64,000 nucleotides of DNA from Candidatus Latescibacterota bacterium (GTDB taxonomy: Bacteria; Latescibacterota; UBA2968; GCA-2709665): contig OZ252100.1 in the NCBI GenBank assembly GCA_965248435.1, positions 1,952,001-2,016,000 on the forward strand, read 5' to 3'. Made by a program: the position numbers and the translations under genes. The notes below the pieces were generated by a model. It ran no database searches and was not told the DNA's origin. It worked only from the letters and a program-made list of their open reading frames with translations. Below are positions 29,646 to 40,105 of this stretch, piece after piece; within the stretch, counting starts at the first letter, position 1; the number at the start of each line of letters is the position of its first letter.

Positions 29646-29676
29646 CGGGGCTTACATCGTTTTGATGTAAGCCCCG
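29646..29676. terminator. Perfect 13-bp hairpin between convergent genes (probable bidirectional terminator)
   Basis: CGGGGCTTACATC-GTTTT-GATGTAAGCCCCG followed by CTTCTTT. Confidence 0.7.
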
Positions 29677-29769
29677 CTTCTTTGCCCATTCTCAGGTTCG
29701 GCATGGACGAATCGGGCAACCGCCTCTACCTGTCCTGCCTGGCTCTATCGCTTCACTTGAATCGAAGGT

Positions 29770-30906
29770 CTAAGCCTGTGGGAGCTTGACCGTCAATGTG
29801 GTCCCATCCGCTTCGTTCGACGCGATGGAAATATCGCCACCGTGGGCGACCGTCACCAGGTAAGCGTAAGTCGTACCGAGCCCCGACCCTCCTTTGCCCT
29901 CTTTGGTGCTGTTGAACTTCTCGAAGAACGCCTCCACCCTGTCGGGCGGGACAGGCGCTCCGCCATTCTGAATGCTCACGACAGCGAGCCCGTTCTCGCC
30001 GGAGAGCGTCACGCTGACCGCGCGTTTCCCCTCATCGGGAAGCTCGATCACGTGCTCGATGGCATTTTTGATCAGATTCTGGAACACGCCGGTAAGCAGA
30101 TCCGCGTCGGCAGCCACCGTGCCTCCCGCAAGAGTGCCCTGGAGCTGGATGCTCACCAGCGCGCCATAAACGGTCTCCTGATCGGCTATGGCCTGCTTGA
30201 GCAGGGGCTCAAGGTCGACCTCGCGCTTATCGAGTGCAAATCGTCCTGTTTCAAAGTCCTGCAGCAGTTTGATCGAATCGATAAGCCGGGACGTAGCCAG
30301 GGCGCCCTCGTGGATTTTCTTGATCCAGTCACTCCGGTCATCGTCCGGATCCCCGGTATCGAACTGCAGGAGCATGTCCGAGTAGCCCAGAATGGGGCTG
30401 ATCTTGTTCTTCAATTCGTGTCTCAAGAAGGCCTCGTGCTCCCGCTTGATCCGGGCAATTTCTTCGACGTTCTCTCTGAGCGCCTCTTGCAGGATGTGGA
30501 TGAAAAGGTGGGTTTTCACGCGAGCTAACAATTCAGGAGCGTTAAAGGGTTTGGTCACGTAGTCTACAGCCCCGAGCTCGAATCCCTGCACGATATCCTC
30601 GGTCTCGGTCTTCGCGGTGAGGAAAACGACCGGGATGTCGGCCGTTTCTGGATCTGACTTGAGCCGTTTACAGGCCTCGAATCCGTCCATCTCGGGCATC
30701 ATAATGTCCAGCAGGATCAGGTCCGGGCGCACCTTCTGGACGAGCTCCAACGCCTGGATGCCATTCTGAGCGACGTTGATCTGATATTCCTGTTCCCTGA
30801 GGATAGTGCCCAGTACCTGGATGTTCTTCGGAACGTCTTCCACGATGAGGATGCGCAGCTGCTTGTTGTCGATGTTCACGATATAAGAGCTTTGGAAATC
30901 GTCCAC
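29770..30906 (-). CDS. REC-histidine kinase hybrid (last gene of the island)
   Basis: REC KNIQVLGT...LLDIMMP...KPF, H-box LRHELKN, NLIKNAIE, GSGLG. Confidence 0.92.
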   Translation of the reverse strand: MDDFQSSYIVNIDNKQLRILIVEDVPKNIQVLGTILREQEYQINVAQNGIQALELVQKVRPDLILLDIMMPEMDGFEACKRLKSDPETADIPVVFLTAKTETEDIVQGFELGAVDYVTKPFNAPELLARVKTHLFIHILQEALRENVEEIARIKREHEAFLRHELKNKISPILGYSDMLLQFDTGDPDDDRSDWIKKIHEGALATSRLIDSIKLLQDFETGRFALDKREVDLEPLLKQAIADQETVYGALVSIQLQGTLAGGTVAADADLLTGVFQNLIKNAIEHVIELPDEGKRAVSVTLSGENGLAVVSIQNGGAPVPPDRVEAFFEKFNSTKEGKGGSGLGTTYAYLVTVAHGGDISIASNEADGTTLTVKLPQA

Positions 30907-30909
30907 CGA

Positions 30910-32925
30910 TCACGTCCTGGCAAGACTGTCGGCCTCCTGGATGATCGATCGGAACTCCTTCAGCGACTCTGAAAGTCCGTCCATATCGAAGGCAGCTGAC
31001 TGGCGGGCAAGTTTCTGGCTCCACTCAAGGAGGGGCTGATACTCATGCCGGCCGCCGGTTGCCTTCATCAAATCCGCAAACGCTTCCACTTCGTTGATCG
31101 TCAGCGTTTCTGCCAGCTGTTCACTCGTCGTTTGCTGACCCTTGAGAACAGACACCAGCTCCGGAAGCTTTTCCCTGGCCGCGGAGCTCATCTGGCCAGG
31201 AGACCACGCCTCGGCCTGAGCACCTTCCGCGATGATCTCCATCTCTGCCTCGAGATCCCCCAGCCTCGTGCTGTCCACCACCTCGATGCCCGGCAGGGAA
31301 ACCTGAAACGTGCTCCCGACACCCTCCTCGCTCGAAACCGTGACGTTTCCCTGCATTATCTCCACAAGGCTGTGAGTGATGGCAAGTCCAAGCCCCGTTC
31401 CACCGTACTCGTTGATGCTCTGACCGCTCTTCTGGGTGAAGGCGTTGAAGATTTCATCAAGCTGATCGTTCGGGATACCTGTCCCCGAGTCCTCCACTTC
31501 AAAACTCAAGTCTACAAACCTGTTGCCGTTGCCCGAGGTCACGCTTCGGACGGCGATGCGAACGTGGCCCTTGTGAGTAAACTTTACGGCGTTGTCCACC
31601 AGATTTCCAAGAACCTGGCTCACACGCTTCTCGTCCACACTGATGGACCGCGGCATGTTGGGATCTACCTCCATCTCGAATCCCAAGCCCTTTTCCTTCG
31701 CTTTTGCCGAGTATCCAGCTTCGACGTCTCCAAACATCTTCAACGTATCTGTGGGCGCTGATTTCAGCTCGAGGCCCCCCGATTCCGACCGCGACAGGTC
31801 CAGGATGTCATTGATCAACGCGAGCAGCGACCTCCCGCTGGTTTCGATCGAAGACAGGTACTCCTTCTGCTGCGGGTCACTCGCCGATCTGTTCAAGATC
31901 TCGGCAAATCCGAGGATCGCGTTCATCGGTGTCCGGATCTCGTGGCTGATGTTCGCGAGGAATACGCTCTTCGCGCGATTGGCGGCCTCCGCCCGTTCTG
32001 TCGCTTCCTGCAGCTCCGCCGTTCGTTCTTCGACCAGACGGCCTACTCTTGTGTTCTGCCTGGAAAGAAGACCGACTACGGAAAGCACCAGCAAAAAGAC
32101 AACGGTCCCGCTCACCTGGACGACGTCAGCCAGCTGTGTGGCCGGTCCCCCGGAGTAAGCAGGGAGGACATCCCAGTAGACTTCCCAGTAGGCCTGTCCA
32201 CTGTCGGTGATGATCCGGAACGTTTGAACGGTTCCAGGATTGGGCGTCTTCCCACCCACGACTGCTCGACTGACTTCGGTACCCGCCGTCGGTTCAAACT
32301 TCTCCACCAGCCGCACACGCATCCCTTTGGGAATGTGAAGCGCGTAGAGGCCCTCGATGAGCGCGGTGATGTCTACCGGGGTCACGATGGCGCCGTCGAC
32401 CCCCCCATTGGGCGCGGCGAAGGCGAGCAAGGCGTGCAGCCGACCCGGCGTGGCCTCGTAGGCTGTCCCGCTGACCACGGCGTCAATGACCTCCATCGCT
32501 TTGGTCACAGCTATACGGGCGCCCTCGTGCGCCGACAGGTCTGAACCGGGTGCCAGGAGGCCATCCGCGTCGGTCGAAAGCGTCACCCGGAGCCGGCCGT
32601 CATCAGAGGGGACAACATACGCCAGAGAGGTGATCGGGATGGCGGATTCGATGGCCTCCATCACCTCGAGCGCGTCGAACAGCTCGTCTTCGAGGACCTC
32701 GGACGAGCTGTAGAAGAGCGTCCCGACCCCCCTCAGCTGTGCGTGGATCATGGACAGCAGGAACAGGCCCGTGTCGGTGACGCGCACGGCATCCTGATAA
32801 GCCTGATTCAACCAGGCCTCCCTCGCCTGAGCGCGCATACGGTGCCCGCCGTAGGTGATGGCCCCGATGCCCACCACGAGGGCACCGAGAAAGGGCAGCA
32901 GCTTCTTGGCGTCGCGAAACCTCAC
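30910..32925 (-). CDS. Membrane sensor histidine kinase (CHASE-like periplasmic domain) with pseudo-Hpt tail
   Basis: Two TM helices, [29 protein letters not shown]. No REC domain. Helical tail EKLPEL...FDMD. Confidence 0.88.
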   Translation of the reverse strand: MRFRDAKKLLPFLGALVVGIGAITYGGHRMRAQAREAWLNQAYQDAVRVTDTGLFLLSMIHAQLRGVGTLFYSSSEVLEDELFDALEVMEAIESAIPITSLAYVVPSDDGRLRVTLSTDADGLLAPGSDLSAHEGARIAVTKAMEVIDAVVSGTAYEATPGRLHALLAFAAPNGGVDGAIVTPVDITALIEGLYALHIPKGMRVRLVEKFEPTAGTEVSRAVVGGKTPNPGTVQTFRIITDSGQAYWEVYWDVLPAYSGGPATQLADVVQVSGTVVFLLVLSVVGLLSRQNTRVGRLVEERTAELQEATERAEAANRAKSVFLANISHEIRTPMNAILGFAEILNRSASDPQQKEYLSSIETSGRSLLALINDILDLSRSESGGLELKSAPTDTLKMFGDVEAGYSAKAKEKGLGFEMEVDPNMPRSISVDEKRVSQVLGNLVDNAVKFTHKGHVRIAVRSVTSGNGNRFVDLSFEVEDSGTGIPNDQLDEIFNAFTQKSGQSINEYGGTGLGLAITHSLVEIMQGNVTVSSEEGVGSTFQVSLPGIEVVDSTRLGDLEAEMEIIAEGAQAEAWSPGQMSSAAREKLPELVSVLKGQQTTSEQLAETLTINEVEAFADLMKATGGRHEYQPLLEWSQKLARQSAAFDMDGLSESLKEFRSIIQEADSLART

Positions 32926-33001
32926 GTTAAAACCTGCTCTTAGGCTGGGATGATTTATAGCGCGCGTTGTTCTCTGCCAACCTGCGCTCCTGAGTGATCA
33001 A

Positions 33002-34084
33002 TCAATTTACAGTGTATATGGCCCGGAAGCCGCTGGGAGCCAGCGTGTTCCTCAAATCGAACTCGTCGATGTTGGATCGGTCCATCACCTGGGGTATCGG
33101 CCCAACGTGCTTGAGAAACGGTTTCCCCTCGAGGATTCGAACCATCTGATCCATCGCGATTCGGCCCTGTATCACGGCCGGATCGACCGGGGCTGCCAGG
33201 ATCTGTCCCCGTTTGATGGCGCGATGGACGCCTGGCGAGAGGTAGTAGGAAACGATCGAGACCTGCTTGCTTAGTCCCCGATTTCGCAGAATCCTGGACG
33301 CCGCTTCCGCTGTGACAGTGGTGCCCACCAGGTAGTCGATGTCAGGGTATTCGTCGAGCACTTCCTTGATAAGCTCTCGCTGTGTCGCCTTTCCGGTGTC
33401 GCCGTATCGGGTGGCTACGACTTCGACCTCACCCGCCTCTACGGCGGTCTTGAACCCCTCATCTCCGGCCTGGACCCATCCAGCGGCCTCTGGACCCGGA
33501 AACCAGGCGACACGCACGGGGGCAGACCCCTTCGGGTGCCGTTTGACGAGAAACTCGCCGGCCAGGCGTCCCATATCGTCGTAAGGCACCAGGGTCTTCG
33601 CCGAGATCTCGCGAGAGGTGACCCCATTGACCACATCCACAACGGGGATGCCTTTGCTGGCAATCTCGGCGATCAGGCTGTCCATACCCGTGTAGGAGAT
33701 GGAGGCCAGGATGATGCCGTCCGGATTCGACGCGAGGCATTTTCTGATCTGCGCGATCTGCACATCCAGATTGTCATAGCCCCCGGCCTGCTCGAGCGTC
33801 ATGCGAACGCCCAGTCTCTTCGCTTCGGAAGCGAGGCCGTAGTTGGCGGCCAGCCAGTAGACGTCCTTCATGTGGGGGAAGAAGACACGGATGTCCCACT
33901 TCTTCGAAGCCTTTTCAAGGGGGATGTAGTCTGCCTCTTTCCGCGGACTGTCCATGTCGAACGGCGGGTCCCAGACTTCGACCGGGTAGGGATACCACTT
34001 GTCCTGTGCCCACACCTGGGCCACCGCGGAAAAGAGGACCACGACGCAGGAAACGACGGTAATGAACTTAGCTTTCCTTATCAT
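33002..34084 (-). CDS. torT: TorT-like periplasmic TMAO-binding protein
   Basis: KASKKWDIRVFFPHMKDVYWLAANYG, AGGY, WFPGP, YGDTGK, YLSPGVHRAIKRG match the TorT signature. Confidence 0.82.
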   Translation of the reverse strand: MIRKAKFITVVSCVVVLFSAVAQVWAQDKWYPYPVEVWDPPFDMDSPRKEADYIPLEKASKKWDIRVFFPHMKDVYWLAANYGLASEAKRLGVRMTLEQAGGYDNLDVQIAQIRKCLASNPDGIILASISYTGMDSLIAEIASKGIPVVDVVNGVTSREISAKTLVPYDDMGRLAGEFLVKRHPKGSAPVRVAWFPGPEAAGWVQAGDEGFKTAVEAGEVEVVATRYGDTGKATQRELIKEVLDEYPDIDYLVGTTVTAEAASRILRNRGLSKQVSIVSYYLSPGVHRAIKRGQILAAPVDPAVIQGRIAMDQMVRILEGKPFLKHVGPIPQVMDRSNIDEFDLRNTLAPSGFRAIYTVN

Positions 34085-34088
34085 CTGA

Positions 34089-37000
34089 TCATCCACGCTG
34101 AGTGGTTTGGTTCAGTTCTTCAAGCACTTCTGCGTATCCTTCCAGCGTCTTCGACATGGCGTCCATGTCGAACATCCCTGTCTGCTCGGCCAGTGTCTCT
34201 GCCCATTTGATCACTGGCGGATAGCCGTATTCCTCGCCCACTCCCTTCACCTCGGCGGCGAAAAGCTCGATCTCATTCATATCCATCGTGGACGCGAGTT
34301 CCTCGCAGATTCCTCGCTTGGCCTCCAATGCATCGGCCAGCTCCGGCAGCTTCTCAATAACCGCTTCGTCCAGTTCCAAGGGTGCTTCTTCAACTTCCGC
34401 TCCCTCCCCTGCGCCGACTTCCAGACCCATCGCCTCCGTGATCGCGGCCACCAGTCGCGAAAGCTCTTCATCCACCGAACTCAGCTGCGACTCGATCTCA
34501 TCCTCGCCCTGTCCCTCCTTGATCGCCGATTCCAGCCCCGCTGCCCGGTGCTGGAGCTCTCCCGCCCCGATCGTCCCGGCCACCCCCTTCAGCGAGTGCG
34601 CGGTGCGCTCCGCCGCCTCGCGATCCTCGTCGCTCAGCTGGCCCCGCACCGTCGTCACGGACTGCGCCTCTTCGCCAGTCGCGAACCCTTTCACCAGCTT
34701 CTCGTAGAAATCTCGCTTCCCCATCACCCGTTTGACGCCGCCCTCTACGTCCAGTCCTTCGATCCCCGCAAGAAGATCATCACCTGATTCCATAGTCGGC
34801 GCCGCCTCGACAGCGACTGCGGAAGGTTCCTCGACCTCCGGGACTTCCCGCTCTCCGGGCTCGATCCACTGGAGTAGCTTCCCAAACATATCGTCGGGGT
34901 CGATGGGCTTGGCGATGTGGTCGTTCATGCCGGCTTGGAGGCAGCGTTCGCGGTCGCCTTCCATCGCGTTGGCCGTCATTGCCAGGATGGGAAGGTCGCT
35001 GAAGCGCGAATCCTTCCGGATTTCCACGGTTGCAGTCACGCCGTCCATCACCGGCATCTGCATGTCCATCAGCACGGCGTCGTACGGATGTTCAGCCACC
35101 ATGTTGACGCCGACTTGACCGTCCTCGGCTAGGTCGACCACCAGGCCCCCCTGAGTCAGCAGTTCCATCGCCACCTGCTGATTCAACTCGTTGTCTTCCA
35201 CGAGCAGGACGCGGGCGCCTCTGATGGGGGCAAGGTCGATGGACCCTCTCGTATCTACGACGGACTCCGCACGTTGGCCACTGAGCACCTGTATGGCCGC
35301 ATCGAAGAGCAGAGACGCGTTCACGGGCTTCACCAGAAAGACCTCTACGCCGGCCTCCTCCGCCTCGTGAAAGACCTCCGCCCGTCCGTACGCCGTTACC
35401 ATCACCGCGTGCGGACGGGACTTGAGTTCCGTCGCCGCCAATCTGCGCACGGTTTCGATCCCGTCGATGCCCGGGGGCATCCTCCAGTCGATGAACACGA
35501 CTTCATACGGCTCGTCACCCTCATCGGCAGTGGCAATTGCGGACAGCGCCTCTTCTCCCGAGCCGACCTCATCTACCCGGAAGGTCATCGCGACGAGCAT
35601 TTCCGACATAATCTGGCGGGCGTGGGCATTGTCTTCTACGACCAGTACTCGCCGATTGCGCAGGTCGGGCTCTGGAAGGAACTGGCGCACCTTCTCCTCA
35701 CCCTTGCCTAGCTTTGCAGTGAACCAGAAGGTGCTGCCGACTCCGTACTCGCTCTCCACGCCGACGTCGCCGCCCATAAGAGTTGCCAACTGCTTGGAGA
35801 TGGTCAGTCCAAGGCCTGTCCCGCCGTACTTTCGCGAGGTGGATGTATCCGCCTGCTGGAACGCCTGGAAAAGCTTGCCCCTCTGCTCTTCCGTCAGTCC
35901 GATTCCGGTATCCTGGACCTCGAACCGAACGAGCAGATCGTCGTCCGTCTCTTTGACCTTCCTCGCCCGGACGATAATCTCGCCCTCTTCGGTGAACTTC
36001 ACTGCATTGTTGGCATAATTGATGATGACCTGGCCGATTCGCAGAGGGTCGCCGCGAAGTGCGCGGGGCAGGTCGGGCTCGATGTCGAAAATCAGCTCGA
36101 GCCCCTGTACCGTGGCCTTGTCTCCGATGAGGGCGGCGGCGTTGTCCATCACCTTGTCGAGGTCGAAGTCGACGGATTCGACATCGAGCTTCCCGGCTTC
36201 GATCTTTGAGAAGTCGAGGATGTCGTTGATGATCCCCAGCAGGTGCTGCCCTGATCCCTGGATCTTCTGGATGTAGTCCTTCTGCTTCGCGTCGAGGCTT
36301 GTGCGGAGGGCGAGATGGGCCATCCCGATCACGGCGTTCATCGGCGTCCGGATCTCGTGCGACATGTTGGCCAGGAAGTCGGCCTTCGCCTGAGAGGCTG
36401 CCTCGGCGACATCCCTGGCTTCGTGCAACTCTTCTTCGTACTGCTTTCGGTCCGTGATGTCGGTGACCATCGCAAAGGCACCGATCTCTCGCCCCCGCTC
36501 GTCGGTAAGGGTCGTCGCGTGGAATAGACAGGGGACCAGGCGGCCGTCGGGCCTCAACAATGAGACCTCGTAGCCACTTGTGACTCCCCGATCCCTGCGC
36601 TTCGCGCCCTCCGCTTCCCAGATGCGCGCGTTCTCCTCATCCGTGAAGTCGTAGATGGAACGGCCGATAATCTCCTCTTCAGGGCGGCCGAGGATATCAC
36701 ACATCATCTCGTTGACCTGGAGAGTGATCAGGTCGTTGTCGGTCAACCAGAACCCTTCCGAGGCCGTCTCGAGGATCCGCCGGATTCGAGTCTCGCTGGA
36801 GCGCAGCGCCGCCGACTGCCTGCGGTTGACCCGGTAGCTCCAAACGACGACGACGAGAAGGATGAGCAGGAGGATGCCGACGACGGACCCGGTGACGAGG
36901 GCCGTCTGCTGTCTCTGGATAGTCGTGTCTTGAGTTTCCAGACTCTTCTTCTGGCGTTCGATTTCCTCCCCCAACCCCGCCATCTCACGCTTCTGTTGCT

Positions 37001-37940
37001 CCAGGACCGTGGCGCTGGCCCCGATCTGTTCGGCCAGGACACTGACCTGCGCCTCCCGGGCCTGCAATGTATCGAGCTTGGACTTCAATCCCTGCTCAGC
37101 CACCCGTGCGCGTGCCCGGTTCCTCTCAAGCCGCGCCCTGTCGTCTTCCAGTTGAGCCGCGAGATCTGTCAGGAGCCCTTCACGTTCACTGATCTTGGAG
37201 CTCTGCTGCTCGATCCGCTCGTTCTGCGCTTCGATCTCGGTCTGCTGCCGAGCGACCTCCGCCTGGATCCTGGTGAGTTCTTCCTGCTGACTTGCCATCG
37301 CCTGTCTTTGTGACTCGAGCGTGGATCCCATCTCCCGGTAGACTTTGACGACTTCGACCTCAGCACCACCCAGATCGAGAACGTCGTCGGAGACGCCGAG
37401 ATTCTCCGCGACGATGTTGGCCAGGTTGGCCTCGAACCCGATACGCCCATCGCTAGAGGTGGTAAGGTTGAGCATCACGACTGCGCCATCGGCACAGCCA
37501 TCAGTTACGAGGAGCGTGCCGCTGCCGCGAAGCGTCTCTGAAACCGACCGGACTCTGGCATTTTCCGACCTGCTCAGGACCAATACGTGAGCCGATCGCG
37601 CTTCCTGAGCGTTGGCGATCGGTTCGACCCGAATGGGTCGCCCGTGGACGCTCCTCCCCGGAAGGGAAGAGGCCAGTTCACGCGAAAGGGCGTCGTCTCT
37701 GCCCAAAAGGGCGACGACGAAGGGGCCACCCTCGTCCGGCCACTGGCCGGATTTGATAAAGTTGTAGACATAGGCGCCCTTGATCTGGACGGGTGACTGG
37801 GCGCCGGCCTCGCCCCCAATGCCGGCCCAGAGCATACAAGAAATGCCGAGGAGGCAGACGGTATTCGCCCAACCCATTGCGATCTTGATGCGCGACACGA
37901 TGGCCTCGTGATATCGGATGGATCTGTTGACTCCCATCAT
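34089..37940 (-). CDS. Hybrid histidine kinase: YfiR/DUF4154 + coiled coil + TM + PAS + HisKA + HATPase + 2 REC + Hpt + pseudo-Hpt
   Basis: [17 protein letters not shown] (YfiR), a long Q/E coiled coil, [22 protein letters not shown] 37940 overlaps the TonB gene stop. Confidence 0.92.
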   Translation of the reverse strand: MMGVNRSIRYHEAIVSRIKIAMGWANTVCLLGISCMLWAGIGGEAGAQSPVQIKGAYVYNFIKSGQWPDEGGPFVVALLGRDDALSRELASSLPGRSVHGRPIRVEPIANAQEARSAHVLVLSRSENARVRSVSETLRGSGTLLVTDGCADGAVVMLNLTTSSDGRIGFEANLANIVAENLGVSDDVLDLGGAEVEVVKVYREMGSTLESQRQAMASQQEELTRIQAEVARQQTEIEAQNERIEQQSSKISEREGLLTDLAAQLEDDRARLERNRARARVAEQGLKSKLDTLQAREAQVSVLAEQIGASATVLEQQKREMAGLGEEIERQKKSLETQDTTIQRQQTALVTGSVVGILLLILLVVVVWSYRVNRRQSAALRSSETRIRRILETASEGFWLTDNDLITLQVNEMMCDILGRPEEEIIGRSIYDFTDEENARIWEAEGAKRRDRGVTSGYEVSLLRPDGRLVPCLFHATTLTDERGREIGAFAMVTDITDRKQYEEELHEARDVAEAASQAKADFLANMSHEIRTPMNAVIGMAHLALRTSLDAKQKDYIQKIQGSGQHLLGIINDILDFSKIEAGKLDVESVDFDLDKVMDNAAALIGDKATVQGLELIFDIEPDLPRALRGDPLRIGQVIINYANNAVKFTEEGEIIVRARKVKETDDDLLVRFEVQDTGIGLTEEQRGKLFQAFQQADTSTSRKYGGTGLGLTISKQLATLMGGDVGVESEYGVGSTFWFTAKLGKGEEKVRQFLPEPDLRNRRVLVVEDNAHARQIMSEMLVAMTFRVDEVGSGEEALSAIATADEGDEPYEVVFIDWRMPPGIDGIETVRRLAATELKSRPHAVMVTAYGRAEVFHEAEEAGVEVFLVKPVNASLLFDAAIQVLSGQRAESVVDTRGSIDLAPIRGARVLLVEDNELNQQVAMELLTQGGLVVDLAEDGQVGVNMVAEHPYDAVLMDMQMPVMDGVTATVEIRKDSRFSDLPILAMTANAMEGDRERCLQAGMNDHIAKPIDPDDMFGKLLQWIEPGEREVPEVEEPSAVAVEAAPTMESGDDLLAGIEGLDVEGGVKRVMGKRDFYEKLVKGFATGEEAQSVTTVRGQLSDEDREAAERTAHSLKGVAGTIGAGELQHRAAGLESAIKEGQGEDEIESQLSSVDEELSRLVAAITEAMGLEVGAGEGAEVEEAPLELDEAVIEKLPELADALEAKRGICEELASTMDMNEIELFAAEVKGVGEEYGYPPVIKWAETLAEQTGMFDMDAMSKTLEGYAEVLEELNQTTQRG

Positions 37941-40105
37941 AGCGCGTAGCCCAGCCTGACGGAAACCGGAGCAGCCTCGCTTCGGTACCCGCCCATTCGG
38001 CCGAAAAAGTTGCGTTTGTTGAGATCCGGCTGGATCCATCCCAACACGTTTTGGAGGTGAAGGGCCAACTCGATACCGGGTCCTGGGTGGTAGACGAATC
38101 CCAGGTTGAGAAAAGCGCTGCCCGCGAACGCGTTGGTGCGTCCGTCATCCGTACGGGTGAGCGAGTTCCGTTTGAGCACCTCGTTGTTGTAGTCTGCGTA
38201 GGCTTCGGCGCCCTTGAATCCCCAGAGCAGGCGCAGCGAACTGGATGCCTTCAGCTTCCGGGTCACGTGCCAACGCCAGGTCAGCTTGCCCACGTGCCAC
38301 GGCCAGTGGTGGAGGTCATTACCGTATCCGTAGGGCGCGCTCGTCTCCGTCTGGGTCCGAATGCTCTCGTCCAGGAGCGTGAATTCACGCAGCTTCGTGA
38401 AGGCGTAGGATCCCACCAGGATGTGTCTGCGCCCCGTGTAGCTGGCCTCCGCCTCCAGACCGAAGATCTTCTCATTGCCGACGGGCCTCGTTCGGTTTCT
38501 GGGCGGCCCCACAAAGCCGATGATGTCGATGTCCTGCCAGCACAGTGCGGCCGACAGCACGAGGTCATCCCCGGCCCGGTAGTCGTGGCGAAGCTCGAGC
38601 GAATTGACCTTCTCGATTTCCGCCAATGAGTCAGGGTTGGCATCGGCCTGCTGCTTCAGTTCGATATCATCGCTCTTTCTGACCGACCGATTGTAGAACA
38701 GCTTGGTGATGTTTGACTCGACGGGCGTAAAGACAAGCGCCGCCTTCGGTGAGGCCATCCATTGGGTGAAGCTGTGCTTGTCCATTCGTCCACCGAGGAA
38801 GGCCGTCCATTGGTCGCCGGCGTTCAACTGGTACTCGGCCAGGAACCCCAGCAGGTTTGTGGTCCAGGGCTCGTAATCGGTCCGACCGTTATGGGCCGGA
38901 TCGTCCGTAAGCCCCCAGGGGTCCTTGCCGAACCACTCGCGGGAGTAATCCACACCGACGGCCACCGACTGATTGGCGCGCGGCGTCCAGGACAACAGTG
39001 ATCTCAGGTTGAGCTCATCCTCCCGGAAGGCAGCAATGAACTCCCGGTTCGCGATTTCAAAGACGTCCGCCCTGACCACATCGTGGATATCGTAGCTCGC
39101 CCGCAGCCGCAGCATCAGCCTCGGGTCCAACTCCACGCCCTGCTCACCCTGCATCGTGATCTGCTGGTAGCGCAAACCCTGCACACTACCCTCGAACGTC
39201 TCCCGGCTTTCGATGACGCTGCGAGCGGGCAGGTAGTGGAGGCCGCCGCGGACGAACCGGGCCCAGAGCGCGGAATTTCCGTGTCGGACTTCCAGATGCG
39301 CCTTGTGATGAAGCTTCCCGTCCAACGCTTTGTTGTGACGCACGATGCCGGAATCGATCGCCACGCCGGCCGTAAATAGGTCCGTACCGTCGCTCAGTGT
39401 CTTGGTTTTGCTGAAGGTGAGCGGCGAATCGGCCGGATCGGCTCCACGATAGTCGTCGATCCCGTAATAACCGAAGAGGCTGGATCTGGCCCCGAGCGTA
39501 CGTGTAAATCTCGCTTCGCCCAGCGTGTAGCCTTCCACGAATCCCTGCCTGAAAGTGGCCTCCAGCCCGTCTGATAAGCCCTGCGCGGACGTCCGGATGC
39601 TGATCACACCGTTGATCGCTCCCGGTCCGTAGACCGAAGAGCCCGGACCGCGGACGACTTCGATCGACTCGATGTCTCCGAACAGCGGCAGAAAGCGCTC
39701 CGAGACGGCGCCGTAGAAGGCCCGTTGGTTCATGACCCGGCCGTTTACGAGCAGGAGGGTCTTGTTGTTTTTGCCGCCGAGGATGCCCCTCATTCCGACT
39801 TTCGGCCCTGTCCCGCCGGCCACTTCCAGGCGTATGAGATTGGGCACGTAGATCTCGAGGAGCTCGTCCAGATTCCGGGCGCCCGAATCCTCGATCATCT
39901 CACGCGTAATCAAGGTCACCGAGGCTGGGACCTTGCCCGCCTCCGTCCTGGTCAGCGAAGCGCCGGACGAGATCTTCAGCTTGTCAAGCTCATTCAAGCT
40001 CAGATCGTAGATGCTTGCGTGTTCCTGGCCGGGCACGGAGGAACCGATCAGAAGAAGAAGGATCGGGTAGAGGCACCTCAAGTACACAATCACACCTTTC
40101 ATCAA
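37937..40105 (-). CDS. TonB-dependent receptor
   Basis: [59 protein letters not shown] plug motif. Confidence 0.9.
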   Translation of the reverse strand: MMKGVIVYLRCLYPILLLLIGSSVPGQEHASIYDLSLNELDKLKISSGASLTRTEAGKVPASVTLITREMIEDSGARNLDELLEIYVPNLIRLEVAGGTGPKVGMRGILGGKNNKTLLLVNGRVMNQRAFYGAVSERFLPLFGDIESIEVVRGPGSSVYGPGAINGVISIRTSAQGLSDGLEATFRQGFVEGYTLGEARFTRTLGARSSLFGYYGIDDYRGADPADSPLTFSKTKTLSDGTDLFTAGVAIDSGIVRHNKALDGKLHHKAHLEVRHGNSALWARFVRGGLHYLPARSVIESRETFEGSVQGLRYQQITMQGEQGVELDPRLMLRLRASYDIHDVVRADVFEIANREFIAAFREDELNLRSLLSWTPRANQSVAVGVDYSREWFGKDPWGLTDDPAHNGRTDYEPWTTNLLGFLAEYQLNAGDQWTAFLGGRMDKHSFTQWMASPKAALVFTPVESNITKLFYNRSVRKSDDIELKQQADANPDSLAEIEKVNSLELRHDYRAGDDLVLSAALCWQDIDIIGFVGPPRNRTRPVGNEKIFGLEAEASYTGRRHILVGSYAFTKLREFTLLDESIRTQTETSAPYGYGNDLHHWPWHVGKLTWRWHVTRKLKASSSLRLLWGFKGAEAYADYNNEVLKRNSLTRTDDGRTNAFAGSAFLNLGFVYHPGPGIELALHLQNVLGWIQPDLNKRNFFGRMGGYRSEAAPVSVRLGYAL

